A stretch of 64,000 nt of DNA. Origin: a candidate division FCPU426 bacterium (GTDB lineage: Bacteria; Oederibacteriota; Muellerivitia; Muellerivitales; Muellerivitaceae). How positions within the stretch are numbered: position 1 is the stretch's first letter; every line of letters begins with the position of its first letter. The DNA lies in assembly GCA_963719085.1 (NCBI GenBank), contig CAVRAL010000004.1:864001-928000 (forward strand). Reading direction: 5' to 3'. Of this stretch, positions 48,669-58,187 are shown piece after piece. The position numbers and the translations under genes are program-made. The notes beneath the pieces are model-generated. The model made no database searches. It saw nothing but the letters and a program-made list of their open reading frames with translations, and was not told the origin of the DNA.

Positions 48669-48785
48669 CGTTTGTCTCCTGGCGTAAGGTGTCCCTACCT
48701 TAAGAAAAACAGGGGATGAAAGAAAGACCCTCTGGGATTTGAATCCGCTTGCGCCCAAACGGCTTTTCATTAAACTAGGCGGCCT

Positions 48786-49508
48786 ATGGGCCAACCAAGA
48801 CTCATTCTTTTTGATATCGACGGCACCCTGCTTTCCACCGACCGCAAGGCCTGGGAAAACCCTTTCAAGGACGCCATGGAAGCGGCCCTGAAAGAAATCG
48901 GCGAGCCCCAATCGATCGACACCTCCAGCTACAAGCCCGGGGGCAAGACCGACACCCAGATCATTTATGAAATTTTAGACGCGAACGGGTTTCCCGAGGA
49001 AACCATCGCGCGGATCTTTCCCGCCATCCGGAAAAAATACCTTCAGCTTTTGCGCGAGACCGTGGAAAAAAATCCCGAGTATGTGATGTTAAAGCCCGGC
49101 GTGAAGGCGCTTTTGGACGAGATGAAAAAAAAGCCCGAGCTTCTTTTGGCGCTTTTGACCGGCAACTTTGAGGAAGGGGCCCGTATCAAATTGGGAGCCC
49201 ATGGGCTCAACGGCTATTTCGCTTTCGGCGCTTTCGGCGAGGGAGCCCGGGTGCGTTCCGACCTTCCGCCCCGGGCGGTGGCCTTGGCCCAAAAGCACAA
49301 TCCCCACCCCTTCGCCAAAAAAGAAATCGTTATCATCGGGGATACCCCCAACGACATCCATTGCGGGCGTCATTTGAGCGTCCGGGTAATCGCAGTGGCC
49401 ACCGGGCCCTATTCGCGGGAAGTGCTCAAGGCCGAGGGCGCGGATTTTGTCCTGGCCGATTTGTCGGATAAAGCCAAAGTATTTGAAGCCATCGCCGCCG
49501 AGCTTTAA
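48786..49508 (+). CDS. HAD-family hydrolase
   Basis: FDIDGTL, GKTD, LLTGN, IGDTPND, VATG. Confidence 0.9.
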   Translation: MGQPRLILFDIDGTLLSTDRKAWENPFKDAMEAALKEIGEPQSIDTSSYKPGGKTDTQIIYEILDANGFPEETIARIFPAIRKKYLQLLRETVEKNPEYVMLKPGVKALLDEMKKKPELLLALLTGNFEEGARIKLGAHGLNGYFAFGAFGEGARVRSDLPPRAVALAQKHNPHPFAKKEIVIIGDTPNDIHCGRHLSVRVIAVATGPYSREVLKAEGADFVLADLSDKAKVFEAIAAEL

Positions 49509-49594
49509 CCTTCCTTTTTTGTAACCTCTTTCCAGGTTTCCTTTTATACAGGCACGAAGACTATTATGTGCTTATGCACCCTTGGAGGGGTTTT

Positions 49595-50191
49595 ATGAAA
49601 AAGGTCATTGTCGGATTCTTTTTAATCCTGGGGGCCGTCCTTCCCTGGGCTTGCAGCTCCTCCACCTACACTCCCACCAGCCCCGCGGGGCCGACGCCCA
49701 CGATTACGAATACCAAAACCGTGACCTCCACACCGACCATTACCAGTACGCCGACGGAAACGTCCACCCGCACGGTCACCCACACGCCGACCACCACCCG
49801 GACTCCGACTCCAACCGCGACGGTCACCTCCACACCGGCGATTTTTGTGTCGACGGAATCGAACTCAAGTTCGGCGACGGGTTTTTCTTATACCGCCTCC
49901 GGCGCCACGGTGAACGCCGATCAATCCATCGCCCTCATCGCCAACGTGGGGGACGTCATTCAAATTGAGGCCAACGGCACGCACCCCCTTTATTTTTACA
50001 AAGGCGGCGCGGGCAGCTGCGTGGTGTCGGGATCGACCGTAAACCTCACCTATACCTTCCCCGCTTCGGGGACCTATTATTTCCATTGCGGAAACCATGG
50101 GAATAATTGCGGGGGAACCGGGTTCAACGGCAATACCACCTGTTCTTCCACCAGTTGCACGGCCATGGCGGGAAGCATTACGGTGCCTTAG
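49595..50191 (+). CDS. Lipoprotein with Thr/Pro-rich stalk and cupredoxin-like C-terminal domain
   Basis: PWAC lipobox-like, TPT repeats, THPLY, GTYYFHCGNH...AMAGSITV. Confidence 0.75.
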   Translation: MKKVIVGFFLILGAVLPWACSSSTYTPTSPAGPTPTITNTKTVTSTPTITSTPTETSTRTVTHTPTTTRTPTPTATVTSTPAIFVSTESNSSSATGFSYTASGATVNADQSIALIANVGDVIQIEANGTHPLYFYKGGAGSCVVSGSTVNLTYTFPASGTYYFHCGNHGNNCGGTGFNGNTTCSSTSCTAMAGSITVP

Positions 50192-50390
50192 GGATTTTTA
50201 AAGGTGGAAGGCCTCCGGAATTTGTTTGCCGGTCCAGGTCCCGGTATTTCGCCGGGGCCTTTTTTTGTTTCGCCCTTTTTTAACCACTCGAAGGAGGGCG
50301 AACCTATAAAATCTCAGTTGCAAAAAGCTCCTTAAGCCGGGAAGATACAAAACCGATAGCCGTCGGTACTCTTCTCCCAAAGGAATTTTA

Positions 50391-51224
50391 ATGACCACCC
50401 ACCTACGCTTGGCCCATAGCCCGGATGCCGATGACGCTTTTATGTTTTACGGCTTGGCTAAAAATAAGATCGATACCGAAGGCCTGACCTATGAGCACAT
50501 CCTCAAGGACATCCAAACCCTTAATGAGTGGGCCAAGGAAGGCCGCATGGAAGTTACCGCCATCTCGGCCCACGCCTACGCCCATGTGAAAGACAAATAC
50601 GCGGTCCTGACCCACGGCGGAAGCATCGGAAAAAATTACGGCCCCCAGATCGTGGCCAAATCGAAAATCACGATGGAAAGCCTGAAGGGCAAAAAAATCG
50701 CGATCCCGGGCAAACTCACCAGCGCCTACCTGGCGCTCAAGATCCGCTTCCCCGACTTTGTGGAAGTGGTCGTGCCTTTTGACGAGATCATGGACGAGGT
50801 GGTGAAGGGAACGGTCGACGCGGGACTGCTCATCCACGAAGGCCAGCTCACCCACGCGGAAAAAGGATTGGTTAAAATTTTAGACCTGGGCGAATGGTGG
50901 TATCAGGAAACCAAACTGCCCTTGCCCATGGGCCTCAACGCCATCCGCCGCGATCTGCCCGAGGACGTGAAGGCCAAAGCCTCCAAACATTTGAAACAGT
51001 CCATTCAATATTCCCTGGATCATCGTCCCGAAGCCCTGGATTACGCCTTAGGGTTTGGCCGCGGCCTTTCCCGGGATGTGGCGGATAAGTTCGTGGGCAT
51101 GTGGGTCAATGAGCGTACGGTGGACATGGGCGAAGAAGGCAAAAAGGCCATTCGGGAATTTTTGGAACGGGGGGAAGCGCTCAAGCTGATCCCGCCGGTG
51201 GGCGAGATCGAGTTCGTGAACTAG
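50391..51224 (+). CDS. mqnD: 1,4-dihydroxy-6-naphthoate synthase (futalosine pathway)
   Basis: AHSPDADDAFMF, DIQTLN, IAIPG.LTSA, LLIHEGQLT, LPLPMG, MWVNE. Confidence 0.88.
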   Translation: MTTHLRLAHSPDADDAFMFYGLAKNKIDTEGLTYEHILKDIQTLNEWAKEGRMEVTAISAHAYAHVKDKYAVLTHGGSIGKNYGPQIVAKSKITMESLKGKKIAIPGKLTSAYLALKIRFPDFVEVVVPFDEIMDEVVKGTVDAGLLIHEGQLTHAEKGLVKILDLGEWWYQETKLPLPMGLNAIRRDLPEDVKAKASKHLKQSIQYSLDHRPEALDYALGFGRGLSRDVADKFVGMWVNERTVDMGEEGKKAIREFLERGEALKLIPPVGEIEFVN

Positions 51225-51245
51225 AAGGATCGGGGAGATTTCGCC

Positions 51246-52031
51246 ATGCATCCTTTAGAAGTGGGCGCCGCCCTGATTTATCGGGACGGCCAATACCTGA
51301 TTACCCAGCGCAAGCCCGAGGATTCTTTCGGCGGCTTTTGGGAATTGCCCGGGGGCAAACGGGAGCCCGGCGAGGACATGGAAGATTGTGTCCGGCGCGA
51401 GTTGAAGGAAGAGCTGGACCTGGAGGTCACGATCCTGGGTTTTTTTCGAATCGTGGTTTATCCCTATCCCCATCGGCTGGTGAAGCTCAATATCTACTGG
51501 TGTTCCATCGCGGCCGATGCCGTGCCCAAGGCCATCGAGTGCCAGGCCTATAGCTGGGTGAACCCCCAGGAGCTGACGAATTACACCTTCCCCGAAGCGG
51601 ATCAAGAACTCATTCACGAGCTCTCGAAAAAGCCCGCGGGCAAAGAGTCCTTTCCCCGGTCGCGCGATTATCCGGACGAATATTTGGAATTTATCCGGCT
51701 TTTCAACCGGGGATTTTATTTTGAGAGCCATGAGTTATTGGAAGAGCTTTGGCATCCTTCCCAGGGGAAGGACCGGCTTCATTATCAAGCCCTAATCCAA
51801 ATGGCGGTGGCCTTGCGGCATGTCCAACACCAAAATTGGCCGGGGGCCCTGGGGCTTTACGCTAAGGCCAAGGCCAAATGGGCCGAGCTTCCGGAAAGCT
51901 ACAAGGGGATTCATTTAAAAAGTTTGAAGCAATCGCTGGATCCGCTGTTTGACCAAATTCAAAAAACCGTCGACGCGGGCCAAACTCCCGCCGATCTTCC
52001 CGCCATCCCCAAGATCCCGCTGCCGAATTAA
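51246..52031 (+). CDS. MutT-like NUDIX hydrolase fused to DUF309
   Basis: Nudix box WELPGGKREPGE..C.RRELKEE; then FNRGFYFESHELLEELW..YQALIQMAV. Confidence 0.85.
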   Translation: MHPLEVGAALIYRDGQYLITQRKPEDSFGGFWELPGGKREPGEDMEDCVRRELKEELDLEVTILGFFRIVVYPYPHRLVKLNIYWCSIAADAVPKAIECQAYSWVNPQELTNYTFPEADQELIHELSKKPAGKESFPRSRDYPDEYLEFIRLFNRGFYFESHELLEELWHPSQGKDRLHYQALIQMAVALRHVQHQNWPGALGLYAKAKAKWAELPESYKGIHLKSLKQSLDPLFDQIQKTVDAGQTPADLPAIPKIPLPN

Positions 52032-52048
52032 AAGAAAAAAGCTGTGGG

Positions 52049-52138
52049 AACAATGATGAACGCAGATACACGCAGATGATAAAAGGATAATTCTAATTGG
52101 GTTGTTTTTATCGGCGTCCATCGGCGTCCATCATTGTT
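52049..52138. repeat. Family C inverted-repeat element
   Basis: AACAATGATGAACGCAGATACACGCAGAT...ATCGGCGTCCATCGGCGTCCATCATTGTT. Confidence 0.85.
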
Positions 52139-52153
52139 AATTGAAGTTAATTT

Positions 52154-53068
52154 TTAAACAGCTGCGTTCCGTTTCCACATGGGATATTTCACCCGCTCCA
52201 GGGCGCTGTGGCGGGTGAAGTCTTTAAACTCCGCTTCTGAAAAGGCTTCCGCTTGTTCCCGAGTTAAACTCAAAATCTCAGGCCGGGGCTGGAAGGCTTG
52301 TTCTTTTCCCGCGGGAGCCTGCTGGTTGTAGGGGCAGGCGGTTTGGCAAAGGTCGCATCCGGCCAGATAGCCCTTCAACTCCGGCGCGCCCACCGGGAAG
52401 GGCGAGCGGTGCTCCAGGGTCAGGTAGCTGATGCATTTGTTGGCGTTCAACACCCCGGCTTCTTCCAGCGCGCCCGTGGGACAGGCGTCCAGGCAGGCGG
52501 TGCAGGTTCGGCAAAAATTATCCGAAGGTGCGTCGGGGACAAGCTCGGCGTCGGTGAATAGCTCGCCTAAAAAAAGAAAAGAGCCGTGCTTTTTATTGAG
52601 CAGTAAGGTGTTTTTGCCGATCCAGCCCAACCCGGCCGCGGCGGCGTAGCTTTTTTCCAAAACCGGCCCCGTGTCCACGTAGGACTTCACCTTCGCGCCC
52701 GGAACCAATTCCCCCAGATAAGCCGAGAGTTTTTCCAGTTTTTCGCCCAAGACCTCATGGTAATCCCGGCCCCAGGCGTAACAAGAAACCGGGTTTTTCT
52801 CCAGCAGGGGATAATGAACCGCCTCGGGGTTGTAACTCAAGGCCACGCAAAAGATAAACCGCGCGCCCGGCAAAACCTGATCGGGCCGGCCCCGCTCTTG
52901 CTTGCGCCGTTCCAAGTAACCCATTTCCCCCGCGTAACCCTTTTCAAGCCATTCCAAAAAATAAGGATAGTCTTTCGAGGGGACGGCCTCCGTGGCGCCG
53001 CACAGCTCGAACCCCAGTTCCAAAGCCTTGGCCTTTAGTTTCGAGGTCCGTTCAAAAGCGGGAGTCAT
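52154..53068 (-). CDS. queG: Epoxyqueuosine reductase
   Basis: YAWGRDYH, VDTGPVLEK, GLGWIGKN, C.TCTACLDACPT, CISYLT, GCDLCQ.ACP. Confidence 0.93.
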   Translation of the reverse strand: MTPAFERTSKLKAKALELGFELCGATEAVPSKDYPYFLEWLEKGYAGEMGYLERRKQERGRPDQVLPGARFIFCVALSYNPEAVHYPLLEKNPVSCYAWGRDYHEVLGEKLEKLSAYLGELVPGAKVKSYVDTGPVLEKSYAAAAGLGWIGKNTLLLNKKHGSFLFLGELFTDAELVPDAPSDNFCRTCTACLDACPTGALEEAGVLNANKCISYLTLEHRSPFPVGAPELKGYLAGCDLCQTACPYNQQAPAGKEQAFQPRPEILSLTREQAEAFSEAEFKDFTRHSALERVKYPMWKRNAAV

Positions 53069-53613
53069 TCGGAAGAGCTGAGGGTGAGCCCCAGGGCGCT
53101 CACGAAGGTCAGGGCCATCACGGACAGGGTCAAGACATGGAGGTTGGCGGGCAGGTTGAAATAAGCCGCCAGGGACGCCGCCGCCAGGCCCCAGGCGAAG
53201 AGCGGCCAGCCCCAGGAAGTTTTAGGACCGGCCCCGTTCCGGGGGTTTAACGGGGGATGGGCTTTTTTAAATTCAGAGGCAGTCCAAGTTTTTTGAGTCT
53301 CAGCGTCCTCGGCCTCGCCTTGGGTTTCTTTCAGCAATAGTTCGGTTAGGTGAAGTAAAAGCTCCCGCGAACGCGCGGGAGCGCCTTCGGGAATGGAAAC
53401 GCTGAGCCGGCCTGTGTCCTCGTCGCGGATCAAGTAACATTCCACCTCCGCGGGTCCCTCCTGATAAAAACGCAGGGTGCTCCAAAGGCCGGCGCCCCCG
53501 TTGGGGCCGCTTAAGGCGATTTCCACCGTGAAGCCCCGCTCATGCAGGCCCCTTAAAAGAGCCTCGGGGGTGGGAAGTTCTTTTTCATGGGGGATGATTT
53601 TGAATTCGGACAT
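53065..53613 (-). CDS. Hypothetical protein with two C-terminal TM helices
   Basis: ATGA overlap with queG; GGAG RBS. Confidence 0.65.
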   Translation of the reverse strand: MSEFKIIPHEKELPTPEALLRGLHERGFTVEIALSGPNGGAGLWSTLRFYQEGPAEVECYLIRDEDTGRLSVSIPEGAPARSRELLLHLTELLLKETQGEAEDAETQKTWTASEFKKAHPPLNPRNGAGPKTSWGWPLFAWGLAAASLAAYFNLPANLHVLTLSVMALTFVSALGLTLSSSE

Positions 53614-53670
53614 GGGAACTCCCGGGGATTAAAAAGAAACAGAAACATTCACTTCGTAAAGCAAGACCTG

Positions 53671-53751
53671 TTGAAACATTGATAGAGGCTGATAAGGCCA
53701 GATTTTTGTGTTTCAAACATCAGTCTTCATCGGCCTTTATCATTGTTTCAA
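53671..53751. repeat. Family C-like inverted-repeat element
   Basis: TTGAAACATTGATAGAGGCTGAT...ATCGGCCTTTATCATTGTTTCAA. Confidence 0.65.
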
Positions 53752-53845
53752 AAGACGGGCCTTGTCTGCTTTGTCAAAGGCATAGTTCCGAAAAGAAAAA
53801 GGGCGGGCCGCACGGCCCGCCCTTTCAAATATGAAAGATAAAAAA

Positions 53846-54310
53846 TTAATTCTTTCCGGCGGTTTCCAAATCCTTGCGGTACAAGGGGGTCCAACCGGAC
53901 TGGTCTTTGAAGAGGCGCACGCAGTGGATGTTTTTTTCCTCAGTCAGATAAAAGCGGTGGAAGCGGTTGGCGGGAACCAAAATGAAATCGCTGGGCTCCA
54001 CCGTCACCTTCATCCAACGGTCCTTGTCGCCGCGGATCTCAAACACGCCCGAGCCGGCCAAGACGAAACGCACCTCATCGTCGGTGTGCAGGTGCTCTCC
54101 CACGAATTTTTGGCACAAGGCGTCGAAGTTGGGCATGTCGGGCCACATCTTCACCTGGTCCATGGTGACATAGCCGCGTTCTTTCATCAGTTTTTCCAGC
54201 GGGCCTTTGTAGGCGGTCTCGTTGGTCTCAAATTGCTCGTAGGTCACGCCCTGGGCGTTGAGCTCGGCGGGGGTAATGGATTGGTTGGTGTCTAACCAGA
54301 TGGCTTTCAT
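53846..54310 (-). CDS. mtnD: Acireductone dioxygenase
   Basis: EHLHTDDEVRF..GSG.F, FHRF, VRLF..GWTP; terminator at about 53796-53825. Confidence 0.92.
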   Translation of the reverse strand: MKAIWLDTNQSITPAELNAQGVTYEQFETNETAYKGPLEKLMKERGYVTMDQVKMWPDMPNFDALCQKFVGEHLHTDDEVRFVLAGSGVFEIRGDKDRWMKVTVEPSDFILVPANRFHRFYLTEEKNIHCVRLFKDQSGWTPLYRKDLETAGKN

Positions 54311-54389
54311 CGGCTGCTCCTTAAAAGTTCGTTTGTGCTTTAAGCCGGGGTCCTTCAGGGAAGGGCTCAAAGCGGGTGTGACTACTTTT

Positions 54390-55061
54390 TCACCGGCTGG
54401 GATCGATTCCCAGCTGTTTCATGCGGCAAGCCGCCTCAAACAGATAGTCGTAGGATTCGGCGTGGGTCTTGGCTTGTTTCCAATCCTTGCCCCAGACATA
54501 CACCCCATGGCGGCGCACCAACACCGCGAAAGATTTGGGGTTGTCGCGGATGGCGTCGCCCAAGGAATCGGCCAGATCGCATTCATAGGCCGTGTTCTCG
54601 ATGATGGGCACTTCCAGCGTGTCAAAAGCGCCGAAACCTTCCACGCCCTTTTCCATTTCCATGTTTTTGATGGAGAACTTTTTATCGAACAACAGGGTGG
54701 CGGCCATGGCGTTCAAGGAATGGCTGTGAAGCACGGCCCCGGCGTTCCTGATCTTATAAGCGTGCATAAAAAGCGGGGAACATTGGGAAAGTTTTAAGCC
54801 CCGTCCCGGTTCTTTGGCGATCTCGCCGTCCGCGTTAAGAATGAAGATATCCTCGGGTTTGAGGCGCTCTTTTTGGACGCCGCTGGGCGCCATGTAAATG
54901 TGGTTGTCTTCTTTAATGGAGATGCCGCCGCCGGTGCCCGAGGCCCAGCCTAATTGGTAAAAATTGCGGCAAAGTTCGCAAACCAGCTCGCGCGTGGCTT
55001 GAGAATCAGGGACGGTGGAAGGGCTCTTTTTTTGTTCCGCTTCAGAAAGAATGGATTTCAT
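54390..55061 (-). CDS. mtnB: Methylthioribulose-1-phosphate dehydratase
   Basis: GWASGTGGGIS, APSGVQKE, SQCSPLF, VLHSHS, VPIIENT, VRRHGVYVWG. Confidence 0.92.
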   Translation of the reverse strand: MKSILSEAEQKKSPSTVPDSQATRELVCELCRNFYQLGWASGTGGGISIKEDNHIYMAPSGVQKERLKPEDIFILNADGEIAKEPGRGLKLSQCSPLFMHAYKIRNAGAVLHSHSLNAMAATLLFDKKFSIKNMEMEKGVEGFGAFDTLEVPIIENTAYECDLADSLGDAIRDNPKSFAVLVRRHGVYVWGKDWKQAKTHAESYDYLFEAACRMKQLGIDPSR

Positions 55062-55145
55062 TTCGAAATAAAGTAGCAGTATTCTGTCCCCCTCGTCAAG
55101 GCCGGGCCAATGGCCCAAAAGCGCCGGTTGAAAGGAAGAAACCGC

Positions 55146-56330
55146 ATGTCGAAAGACCCCATCTCCAAGAAAGCCCAAAGCTTTTCCGAATCCGTTATCC
55201 GGGGGATGTCCCGCGTGGCCGCCGCCCACCAGGCCGTCAATTTGGCCCAGGGTTTTCCCGATTTCGCCGCCGACCCCCGCATCAAACAGGCCGCCCAGGA
55301 CGCCATCCAAAAAGATATCAACCAATACGCCATCACCTGGGGGGCTAAACACCTTCGGGACGCCATCGTGGCCAAGGAAAAACGCTTCCGGGGCCGAACC
55401 CTAAACCCGGAGACCCATCTCACCGTTTGCTGCGGCGCCACCGAGGGCATGATGGCGGCCTTAATGGCGGTCATCGATCCGGGCGATGAGGCGATTATCT
55501 TCCAGCCTTTTTACGAGAATTACGGGCCGGACACGGTTTTGTCCGGCGCCACGCCGCGCTATGTGACGCTTTACCCGCCGAACTCGGATCAGGAAGACTG
55601 GGCCTTTCAAGAAGAGGAACTGGCCGCGGCTTTTAACCACAAGACGAAGGTCATCATCATCAACACGCCGCATAACCCCACCGGTAAAATTTTCCGCAAG
55701 AAAGAGTTGGAGTTCATCGCGGCGCTTTGCCAAAAGTGGGATGTATTGGCCGTGACCGACGAGATTTACGAGCACATCCTTTATGACGGCGAGAAGCACG
55801 TCACCTTGGCCAATCTGCCCGGCATGGAAGAGCGCACCATCACCATCAACGGCGCGTCGAAAACTTTTTCCGTGACCGGTTGGCGGGTGGGCTACATCAT
55901 CGCCCCCGAAAAGCTCACCCAAGCGATCCGCAAGGTGCATGACTTCCTCACGGTCGGTGCCGCCGCGCCTTTGCAAGAAGCCATCGCCGTCGCCATGGCC
56001 CTGCCGGATGATTTTTATCATCACCTGGCCGAGGGCTACCAAGCCAAACGGGATTTTCTTTTGAAGGGCCTTCGGGAATCGGGTTTTGAGGCCTTCAAAA
56101 CCTGGGGTGCCTATTATTTGATCGCCAAGATCCCCGAAAAGGGTTTCGCCACGGACTACGATTATTCGGTGCACCTGGTCAAGGAAGCCGGCGTGGCCAC
56201 CGTTCCCATCTCCTCCTTTTATCTCAATAACCCTTCCACGGGCATGATCCGGTTTTGTTACGCCAAAAAAGAGGAAACCCTGGTCAAGGCCATTGAGAAA
56301 CTGAAGGCCTACCGGGGAGTGAAAGTCTAA
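55146..56330 (+). CDS. Class I/II PLP aminotransferase (MtnE/YbdL-like)
   Basis: NLAQGFPD, NTPHNPTG, DEIY, SKTFSVTGWRVG; divergent from mtnB. Confidence 0.9.
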   Translation: MSKDPISKKAQSFSESVIRGMSRVAAAHQAVNLAQGFPDFAADPRIKQAAQDAIQKDINQYAITWGAKHLRDAIVAKEKRFRGRTLNPETHLTVCCGATEGMMAALMAVIDPGDEAIIFQPFYENYGPDTVLSGATPRYVTLYPPNSDQEDWAFQEEELAAAFNHKTKVIIINTPHNPTGKIFRKKELEFIAALCQKWDVLAVTDEIYEHILYDGEKHVTLANLPGMEERTITINGASKTFSVTGWRVGYIIAPEKLTQAIRKVHDFLTVGAAAPLQEAIAVAMALPDDFYHHLAEGYQAKRDFLLKGLRESGFEAFKTWGAYYLIAKIPEKGFATDYDYSVHLVKEAGVATVPISSFYLNNPSTGMIRFCYAKKEETLVKAIEKLKAYRGVKV

Positions 56331-56336
56331 AACCAG

Positions 56337-56441
56337 TTCACCACCAAGGCGCCAGGACACCAAGCTAAGCCAAGGGCGGCCATAAGATTGATCAGGATTT
56401 CGTCTTCGCTTTTCTTGGCGCCTTGGCGTCTTGGTGGTAAA
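56337..56441. repeat. Family B inverted-repeat element
   Basis: TTCACCACCAAGGCGCCAGGACACCAAG...CTTGGCGCCTTGGCGTCTTGGTGGTAAA. Confidence 0.85.
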
Positions 56442-56469
56442 TTCGGCCTTACTGGGGAAACTTAAATCG

Positions 56470-56928
56470 ATGACCTTTTACCAATCCGAAGAATCCATCG
56501 TCATCCAGTCCACCCCTGAAAAAATCTATCAAGCCCTCACCGATTGGACTTTAAGGCGTCAATGGCGTCCCGGCCTTTCGTTGTCCTGGGACGGCCCCGG
56601 GCGGGCCCAAGTGGGGCAAATCGTGTGTTTTCAAGTGGCGGGATTTCCTCCGACTCGTTTTGAATATCGAATCAGCGGCTTGGAGCCTTTTCACCGTATC
56701 TATATGGAATACACGGGCAAGCCTTTAAAGGGCCGCGCGGCGATTGAAATCGCGTCGGCCGGCGCAGGACAAAACGGATGCCGGGTCAGCTTTTATTGGA
56801 TGAAGGTGGAAGCTTCCAGCTTGGCGGCAAAACTTTATTTTGCCTTGGGATTCGGCTTAAGAACCCATCAGGCCAGGACCCGGGAAACCCTGCGGCTATT
56901 GAAGGAATATCTGGAAAAAGCCGCCTGA
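56470..56928 (+). CDS. SRPBCC-like protein
   Basis: SIVIQSTPEKIYQALTD..W.P start and C-terminal helix LKEYLE. Confidence 0.65.
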   Translation: MTFYQSEESIVIQSTPEKIYQALTDWTLRRQWRPGLSLSWDGPGRAQVGQIVCFQVAGFPPTRFEYRISGLEPFHRIYMEYTGKPLKGRAAIEIASAGAGQNGCRVSFYWMKVEASSLAAKLYFALGFGLRTHQARTRETLRLLKEYLEKAA

Positions 56929-57016
56929 AAGTCTTGAGTTAGCCCTTCTTGCCCCTTTATCATGCCCTTCCTATTGTAAGTACTCAAACGCCGGTTATTT
57001 CGCGGGGAGAGACGCC

Positions 57017-58174
57017 ATGAATTTGAACCACGACCAGATCAAACGCTACAGCCGCCACATCCTTTTGCCCGAAGTGGGCGTGGAAGGCCAAAAGAAACTG
57101 CTGGCCGCCAAGGTCTTGGTGGTCGGGGCGGGCGGCCTGGGCTGCCCCATCTCCCTTTATTTGGCCGCGGCGGGCGTGGGAACCATCGGCTTGGTTGATT
57201 TTGACACGGTGGACGCCAGTAATTTGCAGCGCCAAATCCTTTTCACCACCGAGGACGTGGGTAAGCCCAAAGTGGAAGTGGCGGCGAAACGTTTAAAAGC
57301 CCTCAACCCCGACGTGACGGTCAACACCTACGCGGTGGCCCTGAAGAGCGACAACATCATGGACATCTTGAAAGATTACGACATGATCATCGACGGGACG
57401 GATAATTTCCCGACCCGCTACCTGACCAACGACGCCGCGGTCCTTTCAGGCAAGCCCAATGTGTACGGTTCCATCTTTCGGTTCGAGGGACAGGTCACGG
57501 TGTTTAAAACCCCCGAGGGTCCCTGCTACCGCTGCTTGTACCCGGAGCCGCCGCCCCCGGGCGAGGTTCCTTCCTGCGCGGAGGGCGGCGTGATGGGCGC
57601 CATGGTGGGGACGATCGGCGCCATCCAAGCCACCGAAGCCATTAAGCTCATCACGGGCGCGGGCAAACCCGCCATCGGAAAATTCGTGATCTACAACTCG
57701 CTGGACGTGAACTTCCGGGTCCTGAAACTGCACAAAGACCCCGAATGCCCGGTCTGCGGCAAAAACCCCACGGTGAAGGCCTTGATCGACTACGAGCAAT
57801 TCTGCGGCATGAAGGTGGAGGATTTCCAAACCAAGGAAGTCGCGGTGAAAAAGGACGAGATCACGCCGCTGGAACTGAAGGTCATGCTGGACGAGAAGCA
57901 GGACTTTTTGCTTCTGGACGTGCGCGAGCCCAACGAGTGGGACATCGCCAACATCAAGGGCTCCCTGCTTTTGCCCCTGTCCCAATTGCCCCAGCGCTTC
58001 CATGAACTGGACAAGTTCAAGGGCAAGACCATCGCGGTGCATTGCAAGAGCGGCGTGCGGAGCGCCAAGGCCATCGCCTTTTTAAAACAACAGGGCTTTG
58101 ACCATCTCACCAACGTGGCCGGCGGCATCCTGGGTTGGAGCGACCAGGTGGATTCCGCGGTCGCCAAGTACTGA
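57017..58174 (+). CDS. moeB: MoeB/ThiF adenylyltransferase with rhodanese domain (MoeZ type)
   Basis: RYSRH, GAGGLG, SNLQRQ, DGTDN, CYRC/CPVC, rhodanese HCKSGVRS. Confidence 0.93.
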   Translation: MNLNHDQIKRYSRHILLPEVGVEGQKKLLAAKVLVVGAGGLGCPISLYLAAAGVGTIGLVDFDTVDASNLQRQILFTTEDVGKPKVEVAAKRLKALNPDVTVNTYAVALKSDNIMDILKDYDMIIDGTDNFPTRYLTNDAAVLSGKPNVYGSIFRFEGQVTVFKTPEGPCYRCLYPEPPPPGEVPSCAEGGVMGAMVGTIGAIQATEAIKLITGAGKPAIGKFVIYNSLDVNFRVLKLHKDPECPVCGKNPTVKALIDYEQFCGMKVEDFQTKEVAVKKDEITPLELKVMLDEKQDFLLLDVREPNEWDIANIKGSLLLPLSQLPQRFHELDKFKGKTIAVHCKSGVRSAKAIAFLKQQGFDHLTNVAGGILGWSDQVDSAVAKY

Positions 58175-58187
58175 GTTTTTAAAACGC

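Noticed and set aside
54390..55352. Long N-terminal extensions in the ORF track (mtnB here; also the MFS, pit and 21777 genes)
   Set aside because: They overlap divergent genes or promoter regions; downstream starts fit the family N-termini
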